Origin: a virus
Lineage: Duplodnaviria > Caudoviricetes
IMG/VR virus record: IMGVR_UViG_3300014204_000124
Span: 32,001-96,000 of that record
Reading direction: 5' to 3' (one strand)
DNA length: 64,000 nucleotides
Program-made: the position numbers and the translations under genes
In this document: piece after piece, positions 53,776 through 62,881 of the stretch
How positions within the stretch are numbered: position 1 is the first letter of the stretch
Layout of the letters: the number at the start of each line of letters is the position of its first letter
Notes under the pieces: generated by a model
The model's input: only the letters and a program-made list of their open reading frames with translations
Databases searched by the model: none
What the model was told of the DNA's origin: nothing

Positions 53776-54468
53776 ATGGAATACGGGTTTGAAACGCCGA
53801 GCGAGTGGAGTCGCAGGTTTGAGGCTCTCGCTCTTGTTGGGGAGAGATTGTATGCGTCGAAGATAAGGTTCAAGGACGAAAGTTTTTGGATGCGTTTGTT
53901 GGGGATGCTGCTATTTTTCAACAAAGATTTTTTGACGAGGTATACCACGACGCTTTTCCGAACTGTTTGGTTTACATCTCGTTCGGAGGTTCAGGATTCT
54001 CCTGAGTTTGCGTTCCGTACTTTGGCCCACGAATTAGTTCATATCGATAGGTGCGGTGGGAAGTTCCACCGTTGGCTATGGTTCTCGTTGAAGTATTTGT
54101 TTCCGCAGAGTCTATCCTTATTGTCATTGGGTGCTGTGTTGGCGTTTTGGGTTGGGCCTTGGGCGCTGCTGTTTCTGCTTTTTTTATGTGCTCTATTGCC
54201 CTGGCCTGCGCCATTCCGAGTTGAGGAGGAGGTTTGGGGTTATTCGATGAGTCAGGTTGTTATTTATTGGTGTCGTGGGAGGCGATGGACGGGGGTGGTA
54301 AACAGCGATTGGGCAGCAGAATTCACAGGTTGCGGGTATTACTGGATGGCCCCAGAGTGGGAGCCGGTGAGAAAGCGTATTGAAATGAGAGCTGGGTGGA
54401 TGGAGGGGGAAACTCATTGGCCGTTGGGGTCGGCAATCAGGAGCATTTGTTTCGGGGTGAGATTATGA
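53776..54468 (+). CDS. Membrane-associated zincin-like metalloprotease
   Basis: LAHELVH, TM hairpin, downstream E.E..Y. Confidence 0.65.
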   Translation: MEYGFETPSEWSRRFEALALVGERLYASKIRFKDESFWMRLLGMLLFFNKDFLTRYTTTLFRTVWFTSRSEVQDSPEFAFRTLAHELVHIDRCGGKFHRWLWFSLKYLFPQSLSLLSLGAVLAFWVGPWALLFLLFLCALLPWPAPFRVEEEVWGYSMSQVVIYWCRGRRWTGVVNSDWAAEFTGCGYYWMAPEWEPVRKRIEMRAGWMEGETHWPLGSAIRSICFGVRL

Positions 54469-54704
54469 GCGTTTCCTATGACAGCGACAGCGAGGTTCTG
54501 TCTTTGGGGCCGGGTGCGGATGTACCACTGGTTAAGATTCGTGAATTTGCAGCGGCTGGGAAGGGTGTTCACGACGTGATAAGGGCCATTGCTCTTTATT
54601 TGCACGCCACACTTGCGGAAGAGACCATAGATGCTCTTTTCGCGGTTCTTGAAGAGATTCGTGTTGAGGAGCGGGTGTGTGGTTTGTACAGGGGGGATGT
54701 GTGA
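54465..54704 (+). CDS. Hypothetical protein
   Basis: ATGA overlap. Confidence 0.5.
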   Translation: MSVSYDSDSEVLSLGPGADVPLVKIREFAAAGKGVHDVIRAIALYLHATLAEETIDALFAVLEEIRVEERVCGLYRGDV

Positions 54705-55015
54705 AATCAAGGGCGCTGACAATGGTTCGCGGCGAACCTATGTTTATTGTCGGCGTTCACTCGGGAGAGCGAGTGTCAGAAGTTGCAGATATTGACCCTG
54801 ATTATGTTGCGGGGTTGATGAGCCTGGATATGTGTGCGGAAGAGCGTGCTGCGTTAGAATCTGTGTTATCCCGTTCTTCGCAGCGGGTGTTCGAAATGGT
54901 TTTGGGGGACGATGGTGTGTATCGCATGAATACCATGGTTTATGATAAGCGGGAAGAGGCTACGGATATTTCGGTTATGATGAGCGGGTTGTTTAGAAAA
55001 CTGAGGGGTGAATAA
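54701..55015 (+). CDS. Hypothetical protein
   Basis: GTGA overlap; G.HSGE.V..V...DPDYV. Confidence 0.5.
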   Translation: MKSRALTMVRGEPMFIVGVHSGERVSEVADIDPDYVAGLMSLDMCAEERAALESVLSRSSQRVFEMVLGDDGVYRMNTMVYDKREEATDISVMMSGLFRKLRGE

Positions 55016-55375
55016 ATGAAGTTCTCGACGACAGGTGGGAAAGTTGTTATCGAATTGGATGAGGTATTGGAACGCAAATTGACGATGGAGGGGGAGAAGG
55101 ATATAGGTGGTGGCAAGAAACTGTTCTTAGTGAGGACATCGGGAGTAGAAGGACCTGCTATTATCCCGCAGATGCGTGTAGGTCGGATTGTTGGGTTGAG
55201 CCGTGGGATGTGGAGGAAGGTGTGTGGGCGTGACCAATTCTTCGAGATGCCGAAGACATTAGTTATAGGAATGCTGGTTTGTGTTCCGCCGTTCACCCTG
55301 GCTGTTTTTGATGTTGGAGGGCGGAAACTGGTTGCGGTCAATCCTCATGCGATAATGGGCCGTGTGGTCGAGTAA
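55016..55375 (+). CDS. Hypothetical protein
   Basis: Packed ORF. Confidence 0.55.
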   Translation: MKFSTTGGKVVIELDEVLERKLTMEGEKDIGGGKKLFLVRTSGVEGPAIIPQMRVGRIVGLSRGMWRKVCGRDQFFEMPKTLVIGMLVCVPPFTLAVFDVGGRKLVAVNPHAIMGRVVE

Positions 55376-56430
55376 TGACTCTTGAGGATATACGGAAGTT
55401 TTGTGAGATGATGGGCGGTGTTTGTCAGGAGCATGGCGAGACAGTCCGTACCAATTGTCCATTTGCTGAATGGGATCATGATTCTGGGGTGAACACTAAG
55501 CCTGCTTTTGCCATAAAAGTAGTGGAGGAGGGAGGCGGTAGTCCGTGTCAGTGCTTTTCATGCGGTTATAAGGGCACCATGTGGGGTGTAGGTCGGGATC
55601 TTGTGGAACGTGGTGGGAAGCGGTTCGAACCCGTGCGCAGGTTTTTGCGTCGAGTAGCCGATTGCAAGGGGGGGGAGCCATATGAGACGACGCCGGAGAC
55701 GCTGCGGATAGTGCAGTCTAAGAAGTCCCTGGACGGGCCTATTGTTGAGTATCCAGACGATTTAGTTATGGGAGAGGAGTGTTACCGCGACTATTCTGGG
55801 GCCGTCCCTCGCTACGCGCTGGACCGTGGACTGAAGCTGAGCACTTGCAGGGAGTGGGAGCTGGGGCATGATCCTTGGATGAAGCGGTTATTATTCCCGG
55901 TTCGGGATTACAGAGGTCGGCTTGTTGGTGTGAGTGGCCGCCTTTATTATGCTGGTTGTGCCAAGTGTTTCAGGAGTATTCCAAGGGATTCCAAACATCG
56001 TGTATGCGTAGGTTGTGGTTGGCCGGTAGAAGGCAAGTACAAGCATACCGAGGGGTTCAAAAAGGAGTATGTTTTGTTTGGCGAGCATAAGATCAACGGT
56101 AATCTGGACGTTGCCATTATTGTAGAAGGACCGTTGGATGCCTTGCACTTGTGGCAGTTTGGATATGACAACGTGCTTGCTTTGCAGGGGTCGGACCCTT
56201 CGGTGAAGCAGTTGCGCAAGTTGATTCATTTTTTTCGGAGCATAGTAGTGTTCGTAGATGCCGATAAAGCCGGGAAGAAGTTGGGGGAAAAGATGGCACA
56301 GAAGTTGTGGGATAAGATGGAAAACATATGGGTCGTTGGCGGTGAGAAGGATGATGGGAAGGACCCGGCTGAGCGGTCTCAGGCTGAGGTTTTCAATATG
56401 CTTCGTGGTTATGTTTCTCCAGTGCGATAA
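55375..56430 (+). CDS. DNA primase (Zn finger plus TOPRIM)
   Basis: CPF..H...C.CFSC; RLLFP; VEGPLDA; DADKAG; KDP. Confidence 0.88.
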   Translation: MTLEDIRKFCEMMGGVCQEHGETVRTNCPFAEWDHDSGVNTKPAFAIKVVEEGGGSPCQCFSCGYKGTMWGVGRDLVERGGKRFEPVRRFLRRVADCKGGEPYETTPETLRIVQSKKSLDGPIVEYPDDLVMGEECYRDYSGAVPRYALDRGLKLSTCREWELGHDPWMKRLLFPVRDYRGRLVGVSGRLYYAGCAKCFRSIPRDSKHRVCVGCGWPVEGKYKHTEGFKKEYVLFGEHKINGNLDVAIIVEGPLDALHLWQFGYDNVLALQGSDPSVKQLRKLIHFFRSIVVFVDADKAGKKLGEKMAQKLWDKMENIWVVGGEKDDGKDPAERSQAEVFNMLRGYVSPVR

Positions 56431-56437
56431 TTTAGGC

Positions 56438-56465
56438 TTGACTCTGTGGGGAATGGGATTATACT
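56438..56465 (+). promoter_or_regulatory. Promoter, variant of the repeated motif
   Basis: TTGACT-N16-TATACT in the context GATTATACTGCAA. Confidence 0.65.
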
Positions 56466-56491
56466 GCAATGGAGAGTAGAGGAGGGCAGAG

Positions 56492-57187
56492 ATGTCGACT
56501 TGGAGTAGGACAGGGTTTGAGTTTGTAGGTGAATTGATGCGCCTTAAGATGATGCAGAACCTACAGCCGCCCAGGCTGGTGTTGCGGAAGGGAGACGAAA
56601 AGCACTTGGTGTTTCTCGATGGTGATGGGTCTAGCGCCCCTTTTGTGACGGTAGAACATCGCAAAAAGGTGAATGGGGCATGGACGTTTCCGGTTTGCCA
56701 GAATGCCGAGATCATTCTTGCAGGCAAGGCTGATGGGTTTGTAGAGTGCTACGGATGTGACGAAGCTTCTCAGCGCCATTTTGTTGGGATGCTTACTGTC
56801 ATTGATATTGAGGGGTACGCTGTAGAGGGGAAGGAGCATCGTGGCTTGCGCCGGATATATCCTGGGGACGAAACAGCCTTGCAGAAATTGGATGAGATTC
56901 GTGTTCGGGAATGTGGTGGGGACTTAGCCGGTGCAATAATTGTAGTAAAAGAAGATATAGGTGACTGGGGGTCGGTGGGGACATCTTTTACGTTCAAAAA
57001 GAAGATTCCGAAGGGGAATTGGGCAGCCGCTGCTAAGAAGGCAGGAGGTGATATTTCTAAGAATCCTTGGGAGCCCTTCAACTATGCTTCGTTTGTGAAA
57101 TTGGTATCAAACGACACCATGAGGTCGATATGGGCGGGGAAAGTTCCCGAGTCAGGTCCGGCAACGGATGATGTCATAAAGTATTGA
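56492..57187 (+). CDS. gp32-like single-stranded DNA-binding protein
   Basis: H...C...C..C Zn ligands; OB-like strands; acidic C-terminal tail. Confidence 0.6.
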   Translation: MSTWSRTGFEFVGELMRLKMMQNLQPPRLVLRKGDEKHLVFLDGDGSSAPFVTVEHRKKVNGAWTFPVCQNAEIILAGKADGFVECYGCDEASQRHFVGMLTVIDIEGYAVEGKEHRGLRRIYPGDETALQKLDEIRVRECGGDLAGAIIVVKEDIGDWGSVGTSFTFKKKIPKGNWAAAAKKAGGDISKNPWEPFNYASFVKLVSNDTMRSIWAGKVPESGPATDDVIKY

Positions 57188-57194
57188 GGTCGTC

Positions 57195-57395
57195 ATGGTC
57201 GTTATGGCTGTACTATTGGTATTGACTCTTTTGGGGCAAGTGAATGTGGTCTTGTATTTGATTCGTTTGGATAGAAGAGTGGCCAGGGTCGAGGCGATGC
57301 ACGGGCGGTTGAACGCGTTGTGCGATGCGTACGGGATTGAGGAGGACGGGGTTGTTCCTGTCGTCCTGTCACGGATAGGTGATGAAGATGAGTGA
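57195..57395 (+). CDS. Small membrane protein
   Basis: GAGG RBS; N-terminal TM. Confidence 0.55.
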   Translation: MVVMAVLLVLTLLGQVNVVLYLIRLDRRVARVEAMHGRLNALCDAYGIEEDGVVPVVLSRIGDEDE

Positions 57396-57642
57396 AGAGA
57401 AGAAGGTGCGGGCTGGTAGTAAGGCTCTGGGTTGGGGCATGTTTGTCAGTTTGAATGGTAATGTTGTAGAAACAAGGATGGTTGGTCGGGCCTGTTCTAC
57501 GGAGGACGTTCTTGCCGTGGTCAAGGAAAGCCTTGTGGCCAAAGGGAAGGAGTCTGAGTTTTACGGAGCTGTCATAGAGGTGTTCGCTATAAAGGCACGC
57601 CGAACTCCCGTGGTGGAGAGTAAGACGGTGGTGACGCTATGA
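57388..57642 (+). CDS. Hypothetical protein
   Basis: Packed ORF. Confidence 0.55.
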   Translation: MSEEKKVRAGSKALGWGMFVSLNGNVVETRMVGRACSTEDVLAVVKESLVAKGKESEFYGAVIEVFAIKARRTPVVESKTVVTL

Positions 57643-58079
57643 CACTCAAGATAGGTTCTCTTGTTTTCGGTATTGCGAGGCGTCAGAGCAATGTTCCGCC
57701 GCTCTTTGTAGTGCATAGAGGGCTTGTGAAGGGGGTGGATGCGAAGGCTGGCATGGTAGAAATTGACGATGGCGGGAAGTCTCTTGTTATCGTGATGCTG
57801 CGGCATGTGTATCTTGCCGAGGCGAAGGCTCGGGCGGTAGTGAAGGCTCTGTCGTTGGAAGGTCACAAGGCTTTTCAATTGGCAAATGCGGAGGCTCCTG
57901 ATAAGGCACCTGAGCGTATGGTAGATATGTGGCAGCGGCAGGTGGAACTTGTAGAGTCGGGGAAGATTCCCGTTGTAGGATACTACGATGAAACCGGGAA
58001 ATTGTTTTCTCCGCGACAAAGGCGAAAGCTCCAGCGGCAGATGCGCGAGATTTTCGGCAAGGGGGTTGGCGACCGGTGA
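57639..58079 (+). CDS. Hypothetical protein
   Basis: ATGA overlap. Confidence 0.55.
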   Translation: MTLKIGSLVFGIARRQSNVPPLFVVHRGLVKGVDAKAGMVEIDDGGKSLVIVMLRHVYLAEAKARAVVKALSLEGHKAFQLANAEAPDKAPERMVDMWQRQVELVESGKIPVVGYYDETGKLFSPRQRRKLQRQMREIFGKGVGDR

Positions 58080-59578
58080 TTATTGGTAAAGACATGATGG
58101 TTATGGATCGCATGGCTTGGTTCGATAAGTCGGCGGTCTCTGATACTGAGTTGAGGAGGTTGCGGGTTCTGCTGACCAAAACGCCTAAGAGAATCGCCGA
58201 GTTTGCTATGTTCGACGACGATGACGACGATAAGGAGGTCGCATTGTTTGAGGAGCATGGCAGGTGGTTTGGGGTGCCGCGAGCGTATTGGGAATCAGAG
58301 CTTCGGCCCAAGATGAAGCTGAGGGAGTTCTCACGGTTCTCCGATGTTGTGGCGGTCCCGAACGATCGGTTACGGCTTTCCGGGCTGAGTAGTGACGGAC
58401 CGTACGCTGAGCAGGCGGAGATGGTTGAGACGATAGTCTCCTACTTACGGGACGGTAAGGGTGTAGGTGGCATCTTCCGAGCGGACCCAGGGTATGGGAA
58501 GACAGTCGTGGCGCTTCGGGCGATAGCAGGGCTGAAGGTCCCGACGATTGTCGTGGTTCACAAAGAGTTCCTGATGAACCAGTGGTATCGACGTATTCAG
58601 AAGTATCTACCGGATGCTAAGGTCGGGTTCATTCAGCAGGAACGGGCCGAGTTTGTTGGTTGTGACATTGTGATTGCGATGCTTCAGTCGTTAGCGCAGC
58701 GGGAGTATTGTCCAGAGTTGTTCAATTCGTTTGGATTGGTCATCTCCGATGAGTGCCATCGACTTGGAAGTTGTACGTGGGCTCCTGTGATCCGTAAGTT
58801 CCGCTCGAAGTGGCGGCTTGGATTGTCGGCCACGTTGCGTCGCAAAGACGGCATGGAAGACGTTTTCCGGTGGAATATCGGTCCGGTGATTGCCCAGGCG
58901 AAGGTAGGGTCAAAGATTCCATCGTTGAAGCGAATCAGGACCTCTGCGAAGTTGCCGTCTATGGCAAAGTTTGAGGGGAACTCCAGGGTAGCGATGACGG
59001 ACAAGGAACAGGGGAAGAGTGTCATGACCCCGACCGTGTTGCGTTACCTATGCAAAGATACGGCTCGGAATGCTGTTATTCTGGAGCAGGTGTATTTGGC
59101 GGCGACGAGTTTGAACCGGCGGAAAGTGATTGTGTTGAGTGAGCGGAAGGAGTCGCACCTTCACATTCTGCGTGGAGTGTTCGAAGATATGTGCCGCAGG
59201 GGGGGGAAGGATATCACGACATCGTTCTACTATGGTGGGAAGAGCGAGCGGGATTTAGCTTTAGCAGAGCGTGCTCAGGTGATATTCAGCACGTTTCAAA
59301 TGGTGAGTGAGGCGTTGGATATTGAGGCGCTCGACATGGTTGTTTTGGCGACACCTGTGTCAGACGTAGAACAGGCGATAGGTCGGGTTAGACGGCACTG
59401 TTTGCCGAGCGAGGAGAAGTGTGTTCTGTTGTGCCCATGGAGAGCCGGAATGTGCAAGGGTAAGCCGGAACCTATCGTTTTGGACGTGATGGACCCATTG
59501 GTGGAGAAGTGCAACAGCAAGGCTCGTTGGCGGCTTGCGTTATATAGAGAGATAGGGATGTTGGGAAAATGTCCTTGA
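58076..59578 (+). CDS. SF2 DEAD/DEAH helicase (UvsW/ResIII-like)
   Basis: PGYGKT, DECH, LGLSAT..RKDG, EALDI, EQAIGRVRR. Confidence 0.9.
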   Translation: MIIGKDMMVMDRMAWFDKSAVSDTELRRLRVLLTKTPKRIAEFAMFDDDDDDKEVALFEEHGRWFGVPRAYWESELRPKMKLREFSRFSDVVAVPNDRLRLSGLSSDGPYAEQAEMVETIVSYLRDGKGVGGIFRADPGYGKTVVALRAIAGLKVPTIVVVHKEFLMNQWYRRIQKYLPDAKVGFIQQERAEFVGCDIVIAMLQSLAQREYCPELFNSFGLVISDECHRLGSCTWAPVIRKFRSKWRLGLSATLRRKDGMEDVFRWNIGPVIAQAKVGSKIPSLKRIRTSAKLPSMAKFEGNSRVAMTDKEQGKSVMTPTVLRYLCKDTARNAVILEQVYLAATSLNRRKVIVLSERKESHLHILRGVFEDMCRRGGKDITTSFYYGGKSERDLALAERAQVIFSTFQMVSEALDIEALDMVVLATPVSDVEQAIGRVRRHCLPSEEKCVLLCPWRAGMCKGKPEPIVLDVMDPLVEKCNSKARWRLALYREIGMLGKCP

Positions 59579-59607
59579 CAATCCCGTGTTACTGATTATG
59601 CTGTAAG
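59575..59607 (+). promoter_or_regulatory. Repeated promoter, copy 10, lacking the hairpin and TGACAGC
   Basis: TTGACA-N16-TATGCTGTAAG directly followed by AGGAGG and ATG. Confidence 0.85.
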
Positions 59608-59622
59608 AGTCAGGAGGTTGGC

Positions 59623-59943
59623 ATGAGAATGGTAAGAGCGAGAAAGCCTGTAATGATGGAGTACAGAGGTATTCTGTACACAGTGTTCAGGGTGGGAGAT
59701 TTAGCAGCGGCGGTCGGTAAGGCTAGTCAGACGGTGTCATATTGGCATCGTAATGATATCCTTCCTGAGCCCCCGTTCCGAAACGAGCGTGGAACTGGTG
59801 GTGACCGGTTTTATACGAGTGAGATGATCGCTGCGGTACAGACAGCGGTTGAGAAACGTGGTCCTAATGGGATAAAGGATTCCCAGGTTTTCCGTCAAGA
59901 AGTAGTCGATGCTTGGCGGGCGTTGGGTTTTGATGTGATGTAG
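59623..59943 (+). CDS. MerR-type HTH DNA-binding protein
   Basis: VGDLAAAVGKASQTVSYW....ILP.P...G.RFYT. Confidence 0.75.
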   Translation: MRMVRARKPVMMEYRGILYTVFRVGDLAAAVGKASQTVSYWHRNDILPEPPFRNERGTGGDRFYTSEMIAAVQTAVEKRGPNGIKDSQVFRQEVVDAWRALGFDVM

Positions 59944-59952
59944 GAGTTGAGT

Positions 59953-60492
59953 ATGCGAAACAATCCGCAGTGTTTTTTCACGGTTCGGGAAGAAGACAAA
60001 AAGAATCTGCTCTCCGAGGATCGTGGTGTGGTTATCCCGCCCTTCCCATTGGTGGCATTCCCAACGGCATACCTATTCGTGGACATGAAGTACACGAAGT
60101 GTCTGGCACCGTATCGTTTCAGAAAATCAAGTGTGGGGCTGGGCATACCGTTTGACCAGAAGGAAATAGAAACTGTGTGGGAACAGGTTCAGCCCTGGAT
60201 CTCCCGTAGGTTGAAAGAACTGTCGGTCAGGCAGCTTTTGGCGGATGAGGCGTATACTGGTCTTGTTGTGGCCGGGCCTGTTCCAGCCGGGCCTGTCGTA
60301 CATGTCCCCGTTTCAATGGGGGACACGGTCCCTCTCGAAAATTTCGAATCAGTGAGTCTTGATGTAGGGTTGACGTTATTGGCGGACCCGGACAGGGTTC
60401 TGGATACGTTCAACTGGGGTGCTGATTGGTGTATGGGGAAAGTCACATCAGTTGTGGCGGCGATAAACGGCGTGAAACAAGCAAACAGATAG
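59953..60492 (+). CDS. Hypothetical protein with internal duplication
   Basis: AGGAG RBS; L.PY.F.K..VGL and L.NFES..LDVGL halves. Confidence 0.55.
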   Translation: MRNNPQCFFTVREEDKKNLLSEDRGVVIPPFPLVAFPTAYLFVDMKYTKCLAPYRFRKSSVGLGIPFDQKEIETVWEQVQPWISRRLKELSVRQLLADEAYTGLVVAGPVPAGPVVHVPVSMGDTVPLENFESVSLDVGLTLLADPDRVLDTFNWGADWCMGKVTSVVAAINGVKQANR

Positions 60493-60499
60493 GTGCGTT

Positions 60500-61882
60500 A
60501 TGGCGAAGAAGGAAGTCGCGCCTCTGCCGACGAAGGCGGAGCGGTTCCGTCTGAATCAGATGGCTCTGTCCGATAAGTTCGGGGAAGGGTCTGCGTACAT
60601 TCCAGGCGGGGGTGTGCTGCATGTTCCGAGAGTGCCTACCGGGTCGCTCCGCCTAGATTACGCCACGGGGGGCGGGCTCGTCGTGGGTAAGACGATCACA
60701 ATCTACGGTGGTGAGTCGAGCGGGAAGACATCGTTGGTTCTGCGGTTCATAGCGAGTGCGCAGCGGTACTGCTCAAACTGTTGGCGGGTTCCGGTCACTG
60801 CGACGTTGTTGACGTTGGAGAGCGGGGCAACGGTGGTTTCTGCTCCTGACGGTGTTGGTGGTTATGTCGACCTTTTGACGGGGAAGAGTGTGCCTCTGGA
60901 GAAGATCGAACAGACCGTGGGGACGATTCCGTTCTGCGATTGCTACAAGCAGAAGCTGTTTGTGCCCAAGATGCTTCCTGGGGAGAAGGATGACTTCGAG
61001 CCGAAGGACGATTTTGAGCGGCGTGTGGAATTATACCGGATCAACTCGTTTGAACCGGTTCTGGCGACATACAACGACGTGGAAGGGGATCTGGATGTTC
61101 CGTGGGCGAGGACATTGGGCGTTGACCTGGACCGTCTTGCCATAAGCACGGGGGACACTGGGGAGGAAGTTGCCGATGTAGTGGCTTACCAGATTCAGTC
61201 GTGCAACACCGATATTGTCGTGGTTGATTCGCTGGCGATGATGACTCCCACTACTGAGTTGGAGGATTCGGCTAATGATTCGAGGGTGGGGGTTCAGCCC
61301 CGGCTGTTGAACCATTGCATGAGGGTGTGGACGCAGGCTAGAGTGAACGCATGGAGGAAACACGGTCGCAGGGTGACGGTAATTTTGGTGAACCAGTGGC
61401 GAATGAAGATCGACAAATTCGGCGGCGGTCCCCAGGTTGTAGGTGGCATGGGGCAGCGTTTCGTTGGTTCGATCCAACTGAGGTGCTGGGAAGGGAAAGC
61501 CGGAGTCAGCGATTTTGACGTTGGGAAGAAGGGGTCTGAATTCCAGATGGCCCGGACGGCCCGGACCTGCTTCAAGGTCGAGAAGAACAAGACGTTTGGT
61601 TCGAAGGGTGTCGAGGGCGAGATAGACTTCTATGTCCGCAACTGTGCGGACGGCAAGATAGGTGAAGTGGACGAGTTTGATGACATGTGGCGATTGGCCA
61701 AATATTTCAAGGTTGTAGATAAAACTGAAAAACCGGTGAAGTGGGTTGTTTTTGGCAGGGAGTTCGAAACTGAAACGGCGGGGAAAGCGGCTGTTCGTGC
61801 CGATGCCGAGTTTAGGTTTGCGATGCGAGAGCATCTTCTAGGGCTCATGCTTAGGAAGATAGATATGGAAGGAGCGAAGTAA
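60500..61882 (+). CDS. recA: RecA/UvsX recombinase with a ~95-aa Cys-containing insertion
   Basis: PTGS..LD.A.GGG, YG.ESSGKT, LGVD, VVVDSLA, NQ.R.KI, KNK. Confidence 0.9.
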   Translation: MAKKEVAPLPTKAERFRLNQMALSDKFGEGSAYIPGGGVLHVPRVPTGSLRLDYATGGGLVVGKTITIYGGESSGKTSLVLRFIASAQRYCSNCWRVPVTATLLTLESGATVVSAPDGVGGYVDLLTGKSVPLEKIEQTVGTIPFCDCYKQKLFVPKMLPGEKDDFEPKDDFERRVELYRINSFEPVLATYNDVEGDLDVPWARTLGVDLDRLAISTGDTGEEVADVVAYQIQSCNTDIVVVDSLAMMTPTTELEDSANDSRVGVQPRLLNHCMRVWTQARVNAWRKHGRRVTVILVNQWRMKIDKFGGGPQVVGGMGQRFVGSIQLRCWEGKAGVSDFDVGKKGSEFQMARTARTCFKVEKNKTFGSKGVEGEIDFYVRNCADGKIGEVDEFDDMWRLAKYFKVVDKTEKPVKWVVFGREFETETAGKAAVRADAEFRFAMREHLLGLMLRKIDMEGAK

Positions 61883-62433
61883 TGGTGAGCAAGCTGTTTC
61901 GGGAACTGAACGGGAACGGGGTGGTAGTTGGCAAAAAAGCTCCGGTGAAGCAGGAGTCGTCTATCGCGAAGCGAGAGGGCGGGAAGGTTCACAGAAGGTC
62001 GGGGGCTGGCATTGTGAAGTGGGATGGGAGCAGCAAGGATAAGGTCTGGGATGCGAAGCATACGGATGGTGACACGATCCGTCTCCCTCGTGCGATGCTT
62101 ACAGAGATCAACGCTACGGCGTGGGCGAAGGGGAAGTGGCCGTTTTTTGAGCTTGAATTCTCGAAGGCAGACCGGGCGTTTGGGACCCATTGGTTCTTGC
62201 TTCCGCTGCCTGTCTATCATGATATCGGCGGGGTTAGTATTGACGGCGTCTACTTCCACCGTGTCCCGACGAAGGGGCCGAGCCTCGGGGTTTCGCTCCC
62301 GTTGTTGAGGCGTGCTTCCGAGCTTGCGAAGGGAGACGGGAAGTTGCTTTGGCTCGTCTGTTACGAAGATTCTTTAGGTGACAACTGGGTTCTCATCGGT
62401 CGTGAGTTGAAGGAGAAGTTGCGATGGCAATGA
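61882..62433 (+). CDS. Holliday-junction-resolvase-like PD-(D/E)XK nuclease
   Basis: QE..IA...GG....SGA...K.D......[DE]AK.T. Confidence 0.6.
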   Translation: MVSKLFRELNGNGVVVGKKAPVKQESSIAKREGGKVHRRSGAGIVKWDGSSKDKVWDAKHTDGDTIRLPRAMLTEINATAWAKGKWPFFELEFSKADRAFGTHWFLLPLPVYHDIGGVSIDGVYFHRVPTKGPSLGVSLPLLRRASELAKGDGKLLWLVCYEDSLGDNWVLIGRELKEKLRWQ

Positions 62434-62876
62434 GTAGGAAGGAAAAGTTGTTGAGAATGATCAACGGGATGGTTGAACAGGTTCGGGTATCAGTTCCAGA
62501 ACATACTAGGTTATCTGAGGATAGGTCAGGCAATGTAGTCTTGGACCAGATTATCAAGACCGGGCTAGATTGGTTGAAGAGCCATGGGATAGAACGTCCG
62601 TTAGAACCTCTTGCGCTTGCGTTGCAGGAGGATGAGCGATATGAAAAGGTACGCGGTGTAGAACCTGGGCAGCATTGGCCATACTTATTGGTGGCGATGC
62701 GTGTCATTGAGTTGTTGGGAATGGTGGGATGGTGGAAGATGTTCAATGACAATCCAAGCGACGATATTGAGCCGCCATTATGGTTGACTCGAATCGGGAA
62801 GAATACTAGAGAGGCAGCGCAGGATTATTGTCGCCTTATGTTGGAAGATGCGGGACTTTTGAAGCGGTTGAGGTGA
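62424..62876 (+). CDS. Hypothetical protein
   Basis: AAGGAG RBS. Confidence 0.6.
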   Translation: MAMSRKEKLLRMINGMVEQVRVSVPEHTRLSEDRSGNVVLDQIIKTGLDWLKSHGIERPLEPLALALQEDERYEKVRGVEPGQHWPYLLVAMRVIELLGMVGWWKMFNDNPSDDIEPPLWLTRIGKNTREAAQDYCRLMLEDAGLLKRLR

Positions 62877-62881
62877 GGGAA

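Noticed and set aside
6424-59607. Repeated elements as integron attC sites or a CRISPR array
   Set aside because: No GTTRRRY/RYYYAAC cores, no integrase, and kb-scale irregular spacing; each copy contains clear -35/-10 boxes ahead of an RBS.
60767-61055. RecA insertion as an intein
   Set aside because: It lacks block B TxxH and the terminal HN-[CST] junction.
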